Of a stretch of 64,000 nt of DNA, positions 1 through 11,826 are shown piece by piece. Numbering within the stretch: the first letter of the stretch is position 1; each line of letters starts with the position of its first letter. Position numbers and translations under genes: made by a program. The notes beneath the pieces are model-generated. The model did no database searches, was not told the origin of the DNA, and worked only from the letters and a program-made list of their open reading frames with translations. Location: NCBI GenBank assembly GCA_964252035.1, contig OZ176200.1. The stretch is one strand, 5' to 3'. This stretch comes from Podarcis erhardii. Lineage: Eukaryota.

Positions 1-216
1 ACGGATGGGCTTTTTATATTCACTAGTTCCTCATGTGCAATTAAATTCTCTTAACCATTAGCAGGATGATGCAGGCTAAGCTATTCAGAAGTAACCGATC
101 TTATATGAGGGTAGTTTTATCTGTGATGCAAGACAAAATCAGATAAAACTATATAGTATGGTAATGAAAAGTACTGAGAGAGACTTTGTGAATAGCTGTG
201 TATTTTTTTATTGCAG

Positions 217-286
217 TTTTTTTCTCGCTGAACTGGAAAAGTGCCTTCAAGAGCATGACCGTTTAGCACAGCTCTTCATCAAACAT
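217..286 (+). CDS. KALRN: Kalirin coding exon, DH2 domain (first in window; gene begins upstream)
   Basis: ttgcag|...|gtgagt; encodes (D)FFLAELEKCLQEHDRLAQLFIKH; 70 nt, ends phase 0. Confidence 0.92.
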
Positions 287-363
287 GTGAGTTACATGCT
301 AGTCCTTTTAAAAAACGGAAATAGCTCCTAAATGTGTCCCTGTTGTACTGATTGGATATTTTA

Positions 364-366
<3 letters not shown>

Positions 367-394
<28 letters not shown>
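367..394. repeat. (AC)n microsatellite
   Basis: About 14 perfect AC units. Confidence 0.95.
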
Positions 395-1462
395 CCCACA
401 CACCCCAAATGAGGATAGGAATAATACCTGGATTTCCCTCAAGCCATAAAATGGGATGTTTGAGTAGAGTATTTATTTTACTTTTCCAGAATGAAAGTAA
501 TTTTCCTTCAATATCCACAAAATTGTCTTAACTAAAGCCATAATTGTAATAATATTGTGTTTTACTTAATTGCTTCTGTTAAAACTTGGCTGGAAATGTA
601 CCCACCACCCCAAATGCTGCTTCAAATACTGTTTAGCTGCTTACTTCCTGGCTACAACCTTTGTATATTTGTACAGGATGTACAACAGTCTACGTTATTC
701 AACAGTCTACGTTTTTTACACTTCAACTAGGATTATAGAACAAGTGCCTCCTTAGTAATGGCTTGATGAGTTTGGACCTGGATTAATATCCTATATCAGT
801 CACATACTTGCTGGCTGGCTTTGAGCATGTCCTCATCTTTTGGCTTAAGGAAGTAATAATAGTGTAAGGCCATTTGACGCAGGAGCCCATGAACTATCTC
901 TTTGTATATTGAAGATTCTAGTTGACTGTACCACCTATTTGCTTTTGTACAGCCAGTGAGCCAAGGAGCTCTGTTCCTGTCCTCTCAGCAGCAGCACTAT
1001 GGCAGTACCTAGCTGCTTCAGAAAGCTAACCGGAGAGATATGGAGGTTGCAGCAAAATGAAAGCAGCAGTGGCATGTGTGGCATGTCTCCTGACAAGCAA
1101 TCATGCAGTCTTACCCTTCTTGAACAAGATGAATTGCCTGAATCTGATGTCCACATGGGGCGACCCACTCACACATTATCTTTGGGAGGAAGGAGGGTGC
1201 TTGTGCTTCGGGTTTAGGAACTGGACTTTAGTTTTATCTTGCTTTCCTCATTCTTTTTCCAAAAGTTGGTGTCTGTACACAGTCCTTTGATCAGGTGATA
1301 GTAGACAGTAAAATTATAAGAAGGAAAATAAATACTCCCTAAGACCGTCTGGGCTGTGGCTGACAAGAATAATTAAATTTGCTTTCTGTCACTGTCCATG
1401 CAGTGGTAAAAGCTTTAGTCTGGACTTAGACTAAGAAAGCTATGCATATTTTGCTTTTACAG

Positions 1463-1549
1463 GAGAGGCGATTACACATGTATGTGGTGTACTGTCAAAA
1501 CAAACCAAAATCTGAATATATAGTAGCGGAATGTGGTGCATATTTTGAG
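1463..1549 (+). CDS. KALRN: Kalirin exon, DH2
   Basis: acag|...|gtaagg; [29 protein letters not shown] (YCQNKP DH motif); 87 nt. Confidence 0.96.
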
Positions 1550-2670
1550 GTAAGGTTTGGCCTTCATTCCTTATTCATGTTGCAGCTTAAAATACACCTG
1601 ACAGGATCTCTTTTCCCCTCTCATATTTGCACACACATTCCAACAGCTGTGTCAGCAAGCTTATCCCATTTGGATTAATGGCTTTCCCCCTTTCTATCTT
1701 TGCTTTCCAAGTAAATTCTGTCTTATATTTAGCAGTGTGTTCTTTCTCGTGTGCCCCACCTGATTCCCTGTACATTTGTTGCTGGTAGGACCAAGCAGTT
1801 TGTGGGGGGCTGTCTTACTTACCTGTGGTATCAAATTTTTTGTTTGGTAAAGCATATTTATGCAAATAGTAAGGGGTACAGCAAGCTCTTCACCTGCCAC
1901 TTAGAGTCAAATTTAGCTCTGAAAGAAAACAGGTGGAATAGATACAGATGAAAAGTTACGCCATAATTAAATTAGTTCATCCTTAAAGTGCAAAAATACT
2001 CTTTATTAGAAAGTTTTGTCATTTACCTCATTGTTTTGACAGTTGCATGGACGATTGGCACATATTGTAGCAGGTGTGAGGAACTGAGGGTGGGTGGGTG
2101 TGCTTGCACACGCACACACAAATATGGAGAATGATACCAGAAGTTAAAGGAAGAGAGCAATCCCTCCATACTTTATGGTTCCTAAACCTTTTTATGAAAG
2201 GATTCCATTTATGTCTGTCTCAAGGTCTAGAAACTGCCTCAAATATTAAATTTAAAAATTCTAACATTTCTGCTTAAAATCCTTTTTTTTTTTTAAGCAA
2301 CATTTCTGCCATGTAAGCTCTTAACAACTATTCAAGTTTCATTCCCCTTGGTTTGGGGGTTGTTTCATTCCATTTAATTGACAGATAGTGCCAGTATTCT
2401 TTCCAGAAATTTTTTGTACCCGTTTCTGAAGACGTTTCATGCTTGATACATTCACTTTAACCTCCTTTTCTACCCACCCACACACTCAACAAGAAGAGTA
2501 AAGGAAAATTATATTCATCTGTACAATACTAATCTTAATTGTTACGGGCCTATTGTAGTAACATTTGGACTAGTCTAACTGTGCGGTTTGGAAAGATGGG
2601 CTAGTCAACATGTCATAGATGACTATAATCTCAGGGAATTGACAGAAGGCACATGTTACAAAATTTTGCT

Positions 2671-2755
2671 AAAACTAAGTAACGCATAGTCTGGTCAGTG
2701 CTTGAATGGGGACCCCTTGAGTTTCCTTGGAAGAAAGACAAGATATAAATAAGTA
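2671..2755 (+). mobile_element. Degenerate 5S-rRNA-derived (SINE3-like) fragment
   Basis: aactaagtaacgcatagtctggtcagtgcttgaatggggacc resembles the 5S internal control region, followed by a gaagaaag..gatataaat LINE-like tail. Confidence 0.4.
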
Positions 2756-2792
2756 TTTTTGTTGTTGATATTGCCTACTTTTTGTTTTCTAG

Positions 2793-2885
2793 GAGGTGCA
2801 ACAAGAAATAAACCAGCGGCTAACTCTCAGTGACTACTTAATAAAGCCCATTCAAAGAATAACCAAGTACCAGCTGCTACTCAAG
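2793..2885 (+). CDS. KALRN: Kalirin exon, DH2
   Basis: ctag|...|gtgaaa; EVQQEINQRLTLSDYLIKPIQRITKYQLLLK (hallmark DH motif); 93 nt. Confidence 0.97.
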
Positions 2886-3508
2886 GTGAAATATACCAGT
2901 GAAGTGTTGTGTCTAGGAAAAAGGTTATCCAAATACCTGTATACTGATAATGGCAAAAAAAAAACCCCAACCCAGTTGCTGTAGCAGGCTAAACCACAAT
3001 GCTCCCTGGAGCATTGTATGTATACTGGAGCTTTACTTGTTTGTTTCCCCCCATACTGCATCAAAGCTATTGCAGTACAGGGAGCATGCACTGTGAAGGG
3101 TTGAGTGGATGGGGTGTTTTCCAGGTGCCCTATAGAGACCATTTAAATTTGAAATGTACGGTTTACATGTTCAGCATTCAAAAAGCCTTCAGATTCAATC
3201 ATGCATAACAAAATTACTGTAGATCACAATAAAATTTGTAAATGCACACATTTTGTTTCAGTCTTGTGTTCTATTTGCTCATCAGTTAGGACCTTTATGT
3301 CTATAAATGGGTGGCACTTTTAAACCGCAGCATAGACTCACCTAAAGTTAGTGGTCTCATGTGTCTTTATTCCTTAACATCTCGGGAGGGTTTGGAACCT
3401 TGCCACGCAAAATCATTTCCACAAGTAAGCAAGTATGCTTTCAAAGGGGAAAATATCAATATGTATTCTTGTTAATTATTTTTAAGAGGATGTTTTTCAT
3501 TCCTGTAG

Positions 3509-3559
3509 GATTTTCTAAAATACAGTGAAAAAGCTGGGCTGGAATGTTCAGAGACAGAG
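3509..3559 (+). CDS. KALRN: Kalirin exon, DH2
   Basis: gtag|...|gtatgg; DFLKYSEKAGLECSETE; 51 nt. Confidence 0.95.
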
Positions 3560-3708
3560 GTATGGACTTTTATCTACTGTCTTTTCTCTTTTGTATTGTT
3601 TTTACTGAATGATTATAATGTGTTCATGTTGCAAGCTGGCTTGGGTGTTTGTATATTAACAGAAAGTCAAGATACCAAAAAAGTATGTAAGAGTGATTTT
3701 CATATGGT

Positions 3709-3833
3709 GAAACCAGTAAGAAGTTATGAAATTTTGTTATAACAAAGCAATGCTGTTTATTATCTTTGTATTTCTTTTATAAAAAACCCTAATAAATATT
3801 TTATAAAAAAAAAGAAGAAAGAAACCAGTAAGA
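3709..3833 (+). mobile_element. Short poly(A)-tailed retro-insertion with 13-bp TSD
   Basis: GAAACCAGTAAGA at 3709-3721 and 3821-3833 flanks a 99-nt insert ending AATAAA (3791) plus an A-rich tail. Confidence 0.7.
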
Positions 3834-4618
3834 GGAAGAAAAATGATTTTTTTATTGTTTACTTCCCTCCCCACCCCACCTCCACTGCCTTTAAATACTT
3901 GCTTTTATGCTGTATTCATTTTCAGTAATGTTTAATGTAAAATGTCAACTCGGGCTAAAATTAGTGAATGAAAATCTAGCCTTATGAGCAGCAAATTGAA
4001 TATCCTTACTTTAGACTTTCCTTGCCCTCTTCCTTTGATCATCAAGGATAGTTGCAATTGACACAAGGTAACATTTGATATGATGCATTAATTAAAAACA
4101 CAGTTACAAATTTGGAAGACACAAGTTCAGATACCAGCCTAGAACTTGCAAAGGGTCTTTCAGTAGACCAAGATGTTGCTTGATGTCACTTCTATCGGTC
4201 CCAGGCAGCATCGCCCCCTCCAGGAGTTGTGATCCAACAGCTGGAGGGGACCGTGTTGGCTACCAAACAGTATTTGTTCAGATAATTTTATTGAAGTCCC
4301 TTTCAAGCATTCTCCACATGCTCACCTTTGTGTTGAATGGAGCTTTACTGCCCCTTCCTGCCATCAGCCTGTGCTTGGCTTCACTGAACCACTTTCACCC
4401 CACAGCCAAAACAAGGAAGGCTCTTCTTGCTCTGGTCACTTTGGGCATTTCCTGTGTACAGCAGGCATCTACATGGGTGGAGATTGTGGTCAGTCCTTGG
4501 TGGCAATAATTGTGCCTGCTAGAATTATTTTGTAGGTGGATTTTTGGGTCACACTGTAGGTGTGATGGGAAGCCATATTTGAAGTTCCACTGTCTAGCTG
4601 CTTTAGTAATTTGTTATT

Positions 4619-4690
4619 TTGTTGTTAAGTCCTTTAGTCATTTAGTCATGTCCGACTCTTCATGACCCCATGGACCAGAGTACACCAGGC
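4619..4690 (-). mobile_element. RTE-BovB 3' end / Sauria-SINE tail fragment
   Basis: tagtcatgtccgactcttcatgaccccatggaccagag is the reverse complement of the element at 41049. Confidence 0.75.
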
Positions 4691-4896
4691 AAAATAAGCA
4701 TTGACCCTCTTGCTTGAGCGTTCTTGAGCTATTTGCTCCTCTGACATCTTTCTACAAGATGCCCACTTTCAGACTCTGGCCTGTGTACCATGGATGGAAG
4801 GGTCAATACGTGGTTTGCCCTACCTTGAGTAGAGTAGCACACTAGATGCCCTTTCATTCCTTCCAGTTCTGATTATGTATTGCCTCTCTCCAATAG

Positions 4897-4974
4897 AAAG
4901 CTGTGGAGCTGATGTGCCTTGTTCCTAAACGCTGCAATGACATGATGAACCTGGGTCGTCTTCAGGGCTTTGAG
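4897..4974 (+). CDS. KALRN: Kalirin exon, DH2/PH2 junction
   Basis: atag|...|gtagaa; KAVELMCLVPKRCNDMMNLGRLQGFE; 78 nt. Confidence 0.96.
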
Positions 4975-5897
4975 GTAGAAGTCAATATTTTTAAATGTGG
5001 ATGTAATAGTACAATTGTTGACACTAATAGCTGTGTCTCATTGGAATAGCCCAACTGCATTTTAGAAAGGGGGGGGGGAGTTGTGTGAACTTTCTTCCAT
5101 AAAATGGTGCGTATGATATGCTTAAACTTTCTGCTTTGAGTCTTACCCAGGAAGGAAGTTTCGTTTGTACACTTGTGGGCATGAGTGTGCTCTTACACAT
5201 GTGCATACACACACATAGCTGAACAGAGACTGTTTAATCATTTCCTTTGGCACCTGTAATCACATAGCAAGCAGTTTCTTATGCCTGGTGCCTTTTACCT
5301 TTGCTGTTGTTGTTGAAGGCATCACTGTGACTCTCAGTCCAGTGAAACCTTGAAGCTTCTATGTAGTATTGTGTTGAAGTTGTTGTAGCTTATGGATAAT
5401 TTCCCTGTTACTCCTGATTCTCCACTGTGGGATTGCTTAATTTATAAGTCATTTTGAGTAAAACTTTAGGCATCTGCTTCAGAGTCACCAATGTGGAAAT
5501 CTTACATATGGCAGGGCATTGGACTGAATCCCTTATCACATGTACAATATAGTATGGTGTGGGAGATATGCACATACACCTGTATGTGTGTGTGCATGCC
5601 AAATTCCTTTGTTCCTTCAGGGTTTTTTTGATGCAGGAGGTTTGCAATTGTCACATATATGGGTGGGCATGCATATATTGTACATAATTCCATATTCATG
5701 TTAGGGTATTGGTGTACATGAACTTGGTAGCGAGTTTTGAGCATAGATGGCTAAACATCATGTGATAATGAATCATTTCACACACGTGAGCAAATCCTAA
5801 GGTCTACCCCAGACCATGTGATAACATGATGGCCATGAATGAGTGCCTTTCATCTTTCTATGCCATCTGTGTTTAACTTAACAATTATTTAACTTAG

Positions 5898-6083
5898 GGC
5901 AAGCTGGCAGCCCAAGGGAAGTTGCTACAGCAGGATACGTTCTATGTAACGGAGCAGGATTCTGGAGGTCTCTCTCGGCCAAAAGAACGCAGAGTTTTCC
6001 TCTTTGAGCAAATTGTCATCTTTAGTGAACTTCTGAGGAAAGGCTCTCTAACACCTGGGTACCTTTTTAAGCGAAGCATAAAG
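5898..6083 (+). CDS. KALRN: Kalirin exon, PH2
   Basis: ttag|...|gtaagt; GKLAAQGKLLQQDTF...KERRVFLFEQIVIFSE...FKRSIK; 186 nt. Confidence 0.97.
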
Positions 6084-6450
6084 GTAAGTTGTGGTTGTGC
6101 TTCCTTGAGTCATTTGGAAACTTCACTGCAGTGCATTTTTCCTTTTCTTGGTTTGCTGCACACTAGATAAGCAAAGTTGGTGGTGTGAAAAGGTCCTTCT
6201 GCTTCAGTGCAGGAGGTTTAAAGAAGATGGTCATTAGGCCCTTTTCCAGTCCTACAGTTCATGTCATTCTCTGACTTGCAGCCATGGTGTACGATAGATA
6301 TATAATCTATTTTAATATTCTATTCTATTATTCTGTGACGTGTGTGTGCAGACTGAGTGAGTGATTAAATAAAACTGCTAGAATAGCATAGGGTTAGGAT
6401 AATGAGCGTCAAAATAACGTCACATCTAATTAGAGCTGAACTATCTAAAC

Positions 6451-6643
6451 CAGAATTGGAGAACCTTAGGCCTAGGGGCCAAATGCCCCTTGGACCCTCA
6501 GTACTCTCACTTGGCCATACCCCATCCCTGAGCTACACCCTCTCACAGACAGCCTCAGCAGTCTCCTTCACTGCTTTTGCCTGGATGAAATGTGTTGTTG
6601 ACCTACAAAAACACCTCTTGCTTGCCTTGATGGATGGGTGGGT

Positions 6644-6685
<42 letters not shown>

Positions 6686-6834
6686 TCTGAATTCTACAGG
6701 GCCTACTGTACAAAGGTAGAAGTTGCATCCGTTGCCCCACCCACTTTCATCTGTACCCTACTGGCATCCGACCCATAGAAGGTTGCCCATGAAGGAAAGT
6801 GACCTTCAGGACTGAAAAAGATTCCCAACCCCTG
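6451..6834 (+). mobile_element. hAT (Charlie-like) non-autonomous DNA element containing a (TG)n tract
   Basis: Degenerate CAG..GG.GAAC TIRs; 8-bp flanks atctaaac/ctctaaat resemble the NTCTARAN Charlie-type TSD. Confidence 0.55.
6645..6683. repeat. (GT)n microsatellite
   Basis: About 19 GT units. Confidence 0.95.
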
Positions 6835-7323
6835 CTCTAAATGTTCAGCCAAAAACTTCAGTCATCAAATGATAAACCTTCGTACACTTGAATTATATAC
6901 CTGGGCAAATAGCATTATATTTTTCCTCTTAGAGGCTGTTCTGTTGATGCTTATGTTTATTTGGCAATACGACAGAAACCTTTATCTGTTTTGGAGGGCA
7001 TCTCATGTAGAGCAATTTTCTTCCTCCCACCCATAATTATTAGCATTGCTAACCATTGAAGAAAGCCAGTAACTCAGAGATAATTGAACTGTTCTTGAAG
7101 ATGCTTAGCACAGAAGCTGAAGGACAAAGCTGAAAGCCAAGTATTCTCTATGGGACGTTACTTCCAGAGAGTTCCTCCTCTGGAGAAGTGAACCTTCTAT
7201 GGTTGCTGCTCTTCATTTGGACAGTGGTGGCAGGGCCATCTTTCAGTTTAGCTGCTATATAGTTTACCTGAATTTGCTTGCTCCCCCTTGAATGAGCATT
7301 GAGCTTTCTCTGGTTGCTTGCAG

Positions 7324-7495
7324 ATGACATACCTAATCATTGAGGATAATGTGGACAATGATCCCTGCAAATTCGCACTCATGAGTCGGGAAACGTCAGA
7401 AAGGCTCATTTTGCAGGCAGCCAATCCTGAAATCCAGCAAGCTTGGGTGGAGGATATCAATCAAGTGCTGGACACACAGAGGGACTTCTTAAATG
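7324..7495 (+). CDS. KALRN: Kalirin exon, PH2
   Basis: gcag|...|gtaagc; MTYLIIEDNVDNDPCKFAL...QQAWVEDINQVLDTQRDFLN; 172 nt, ends phase 1. Confidence 0.97.
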
Positions 7496-8576
7496 GTAAG
7501 CATTTTTATCTCTGTCCTTGATTATAGAAATCCCAAGTGCTTTCTGACTGTTCTGGGCAGAACCTTATTCCTACCTAGATTGCTGTTGCCGGCCACCTCC
7601 ATAACTGTCATGCACGCTGACCTTCCTTTTAAATGGAGCATGACTGGAGGCAGATAAATTTTGTGCTAAGGATTAAAATCTAGGGTGAAAATCTTTTTCT
7701 TTTAGGAAGTCTAGCAGTGGATTTCAGGATGGGGTGTGTTGGAGTGTACCATTGTCCCCCAGATCACCCCATCCAGATACTTACTGCCACTCTCGAAGAA
7801 CTCTATAAATGGTTAGCAAGACAAGTCCTACTTTCTCAGAAGCCATGTTAATTCTTCTTCAGCGGCACTGCTTTTTGTATACGCTATCATCTTTCACAAC
7901 GGTGTCCACCAGTTTACCTGGAACAGATGTTATGCTAATTGGCTTGTCATTTCCTGTATCCCTCTTTAAAAATTGGCCAGTTCACAGTCCTTAGGTATGC
8001 AAGCCAGTCTTGGGTACAAGCTACATTTTTCCCCCAATGAAGCTAAATCATGTGAGATTCAGGACATATTAGAGGAAGTCCTACTCCAAACAGTATATAG
8101 TTTCAGCTATGGACTCCTCTTCTACTTAGAGAGGATATAGCAGCCCACAGGTTCCCCATCCATGTTATATTTGCATATAGTAAGGGATGGGCATGCAGAG
8201 CTCCTGACTTTGAAACTAGGTTTGTTCTGTTTGTTCTGAGCAACAAATTATAGAAGCAGGAGGGGCATCACTGAGCAGACACTGCTCACTGTTGCTGTTA
8301 TCAAGAGGCTAGAAGTAGGGAGTATTACTATGAGCTCCAAGCGAGCCTGATCTGCACTGTTGGGTTTTTACAGTCTTGTTAAGTCAGCACTTGTGAAAGT
8401 GCTTCCTTCACTCTTCCTGAAGAGAAACTTTCAGTGCTTCCAAGCTATGTAGGTGAATGGTTTGAATTTTCCCAGGCTACTTGTTTGAAACAAGCTAAAC
8501 ATGGCATCCCTTGCATTAGGCAAACATGGTGTCGCAAATGGGCAGGTCTGTACTAACTCCTAGTGTTCTACTCCAG

Positions 8577-8818
8577 CACTACAGTCTCCTATAGAGTACC
8601 AGCGCAAAGAAAACAGCAGTTCTGCTGTAATGAGACCCCAGACCAGCAGGGTACCTCAGCCCATCACCAGACCCTATTCCTCAGGTCCAGTAGGGTCGGA
8701 TAAACCTTTGAAGGCTACAATGCGTAACCCATCTCTTCCACCTCTGAAAATATCTACCTCCAATGGCAGCACAGGGCATGAGCAGCACCAGCCTGGGGAC
8801 AAATATGAACTAATCAAG
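8577..8818 (+). CDS. KALRN: Kalirin exon, Pro/Ser-rich linker
   Basis: ccag|...|gtatgt; (A)LQSPIEYQRKE...PSLPPLKISTSNG...GDKYELIK; 242 nt. Confidence 0.95.
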
Positions 8819-9289
8819 GTATGTATGTATTTTTACTTTGTGTTGTTTTTTTTTACTGCAATGCCATCATTTCAAATTTGGCCTGTTACTCATCCTGGTT
8901 AGTGGATGTGAGTACTTGAACCCGTGAGTCAATATATAGATGGTAACTGCTGATCCAAGAAGGAAAGCAAAATCCAGTCTTAAGCCTGTTCTGGGTGTTA
9001 GGAAAGGGCTCAAGAAATCTGCATGGTGCGATTTTTTTAAAAAGCTGTAAACAAATTCGACAGAGGGAAACACAAGTTCATCTCTAGCCTTGAAATTACT
9101 GCCTCATGTGCTGGTGGCTATTAGTTGTAGTTGCTTTAAAGAACAACAACAATCTTAAGACAAATTCATGGGGAGTGGTCCCCACTGATGGCTGGATGGG
9201 AAGTCCGTGTTCAGAGGGAGTAGATAACAGCAAGTGCAATTGCCTTCATTCCTTCTTGCAGACTTCTCAGCAACAACTGGCGTAAGTGA

Positions 9290-9430
9290 AACAGGAATCT
9301 GTGGTATACCAAGTCAGACTGTTAGTCTGCCTAGCTCAGTATTGTCTACACTGACTAGCAGGGTTTCAGTCCTAACTCTCTCCCAGCCCTACCTGGAGAT
9401 GAGTTGAACCAGGAAGCTTTTGCACACAAA
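9290..9430 (-). mobile_element. tRNA-derived squamate SINE (Squam3-like), degenerate
   Basis: Resembles the copy at 59660 (agtcagac...ctagctcagtattgtctacactgac...cccagccctacctggagat). Confidence 0.55.
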
Positions 9431-9937
9431 GTTCTTCTTGCTTCTTATTTTTCTTTACCTTAATTATATCAGCTGCAGTACTTCCATTATGTGACCAGGG
9501 TTTCACTTTGCCTTCCAAAACCGATGTAACCTGATGCATTTATTTAACTGATCTTCTTTCGTTGCCCTCCCATCTCCCAAATTAGGAAAATAATTGATTT
9601 TCAAAAAATGTCCTATGAAATTAGTTGACAACTGTTGTGTCCCAAGCTTATGTGTAGGTTTTGTTCACAAGCAGGCTATTAAAAAGAGCTACTGCTTATA
9701 GTGACCATGAGTATGCATTTGTGAATTTACGCCAACTGATCTGTAGTCTGTCAATCGCACAGCATCACATGGAAGGAAACACAGTGCAGTTGCCTAGGCA
9801 ACATTCTGCTGTGCACACTGAGATGTCTTGTAAACTCTTAGTACACTTAAATGTGTTGCCCAGGAGATGCTGATTAAAAAACTTAGCATTGCACCCGAGC
9901 TATCTTGTCACTGTTGCTTTCTGTGTCTCTTCTTCAG

Positions 9938-10185
9938 AATGACTTGGGTGGGTGCAATGGGACCTCTTCTATGGTGGTCATCAAAGATTACTATGCACTG
10001 AAGGAGAATGAAATCTGTGTCAACCAGGGTGAGGTGGTCCAAGTACTTGCCATTAACCAGCAGAACATGTTCCTTGTGTACCAGCCTGCCAATGACCATT
10101 CACCAGCAGCAGAAGGATGGATCCCAGGGAATATATTGGCTCCCCTCACTAAATCAACTACAGATAATAGCGATGGAGGCATAAA
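9938..10185 (+). CDS. KALRN: Kalirin exon, second SH3 domain
   Basis: tcag|...|gtaagt; NDLGGCNGTSSMVVIKDYYALKENEI...AEGWIPGNIL...DGGI(K); 248 nt, ends phase 2. Confidence 0.96.
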
Positions 10186-10887
10186 GTAAGTGCTGTGTTG
10201 GATTCCCTGGGAGCAGTATGTGGATTTTTGAGGAAAAATAAAACCCAAATCTTAGGATTTTCCTGCCTTTTTTAAAATCTACAGTGCCATTGGAACAAAC
10301 TTTGCTTGGTAACACAACATGGGGTATCCATGTTGGCATAGTTGGGCTTTTGTTGGAATTTTGTTCTCTCCCCGCTCTGCCCCCATAGTTTGTAAAGAAT
10401 TGAAATCCATAGACAGTTTAAAGGGCATAGTTTCCCCCCATCCTTCCCTAAATATGGACCTGATTTGACTGGACTTGTATTTATCTTGTGTTTTAAATTG
10501 CTTATAATATATATAAATATAAATATATATATATAGGTTATAATGATATAGAGCAAAGAAAAACACCACCCACATACATCAGGCCTTGTATTGGATTGAG
10601 ACCCACTTCTCAAGGACTAGAGATTCGATGTTGTCAATGGCTATTTCTTGTACAGATTGTAACTTTTTTATTTTGAAAGTTTCTTTTTTCTGTTCACATA
10701 ATATTTTGTAATAATAATTTGGTTTGAGAAATCCCCTTTGGAGTACATTCCTGTAAAAAGTATTTTGCACTATTTAAAGAAACCCATATTTGAAGTCAGG
10801 TTGTGCAATATTATGGATAGTCGCAATGTTCATCATTGTACCTGTAATGTAACTAATAATTTTAAATGTACTATTTTAAATATGTAA

Positions 10888-10893
10888 AATAAA
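10888..10893 (+). terminator. Candidate proximal poly(A) signal of a truncated (Kal9-type) KALRN transcript
   Basis: AATAAA after an AT-rich UTR-like tract, with G/T-rich sequence downstream. Confidence 0.5.
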
Positions 10894-11686
10894 TTTTCAC
10901 CATGAGCATGTTTTGATGAGGTTAAAAAGGACCAGTTTTTGACCCTCTTTAAGTTCTTATTTTTCTTACAATGTTTTGTTGCTTATTTAACAAATGTGTG
11001 AATACTATTTCACCTTTTTTTGAAATTTGTCAGTTTGAAATGATTAAATAATGCAAGAAAATGTTTTTGATATTAAATACTGAAGGTACAATCCTTTTTG
11101 TAAAACCAGTTGATTTTTATTTTTTTTAATCTTCAGTTGTCAAAAATCGATTCAGCATTGGTTATCTTGCACAGATTCCTTGGAGTACAGTTGTTGAAGG
11201 GAGCTCTTCAATGGACTTTTAAGTACTGAAGATTAGGTGTGTTGACTCATTAGATTTAACGTATGCTGCAGCAAATGAATAAGGCTCAGTGCAGGCACAA
11301 TGCTGCCAGTCTTTATATCTTAAGAGAGAGGGAATTGGCTACATGAAGATTTCCACACAAATATTTTTTTCTTATTAGCCTTAGCCATGATTAATTGTTG
11401 CATCTGCATAGATGCTAACCATGTTTAGCTATGAGTCTGATTCCTAACCAGGATTTGAAGCAAGACTGCAAATATTTGCTAAGCTGCTTCACATTAACCA
11501 TGGTTAGCATTGGTGCGTCCTGGGTGTAGTGCTCAACTATGGCAAAAATCAACAAGAGAAGAGGTGAATTTGCACCAAAGAGGGGGGGAAAGAATGTGAG
11601 CTCACAGCATACCTCCTGCTTTCTTGTCAATGCTTAATATGGTTAGGTCTGCACTGGGCCTAATAATTTATAGTCTTTACAAAGTT

Positions 11687-11826
11687 ATCATAGAATTGTA
11701 GAGCTGGAAGGGACTAGGAGGGTCATCTAGTCCAATCCCCTGCAGAGCAGGAATCTTTTGCCCAATGTGGGGATTGAACCCACAACCCTGAGATTAAGGG
11801 TGTCGTGCTCTATCCACTCAGCTATG
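11687..11826 (-). mobile_element. tRNA-Lys(CTT)-headed SINE with CR1-type 3' tail
   Basis: Minus strand reads tagctgagtgg (A box)...CTTaatctcaggg...ggttcaatccc (B box), then a CR1-like tail ending ttctatgat; acceptor stem broken. Confidence 0.85.

Noticed and set aside
11760-11826. Functional tRNA-Lys gene
   Set aside because: The 5' acceptor strand does not pair with the 3' strand and the sequence runs straight into a CR1 tail, so it is a SINE.
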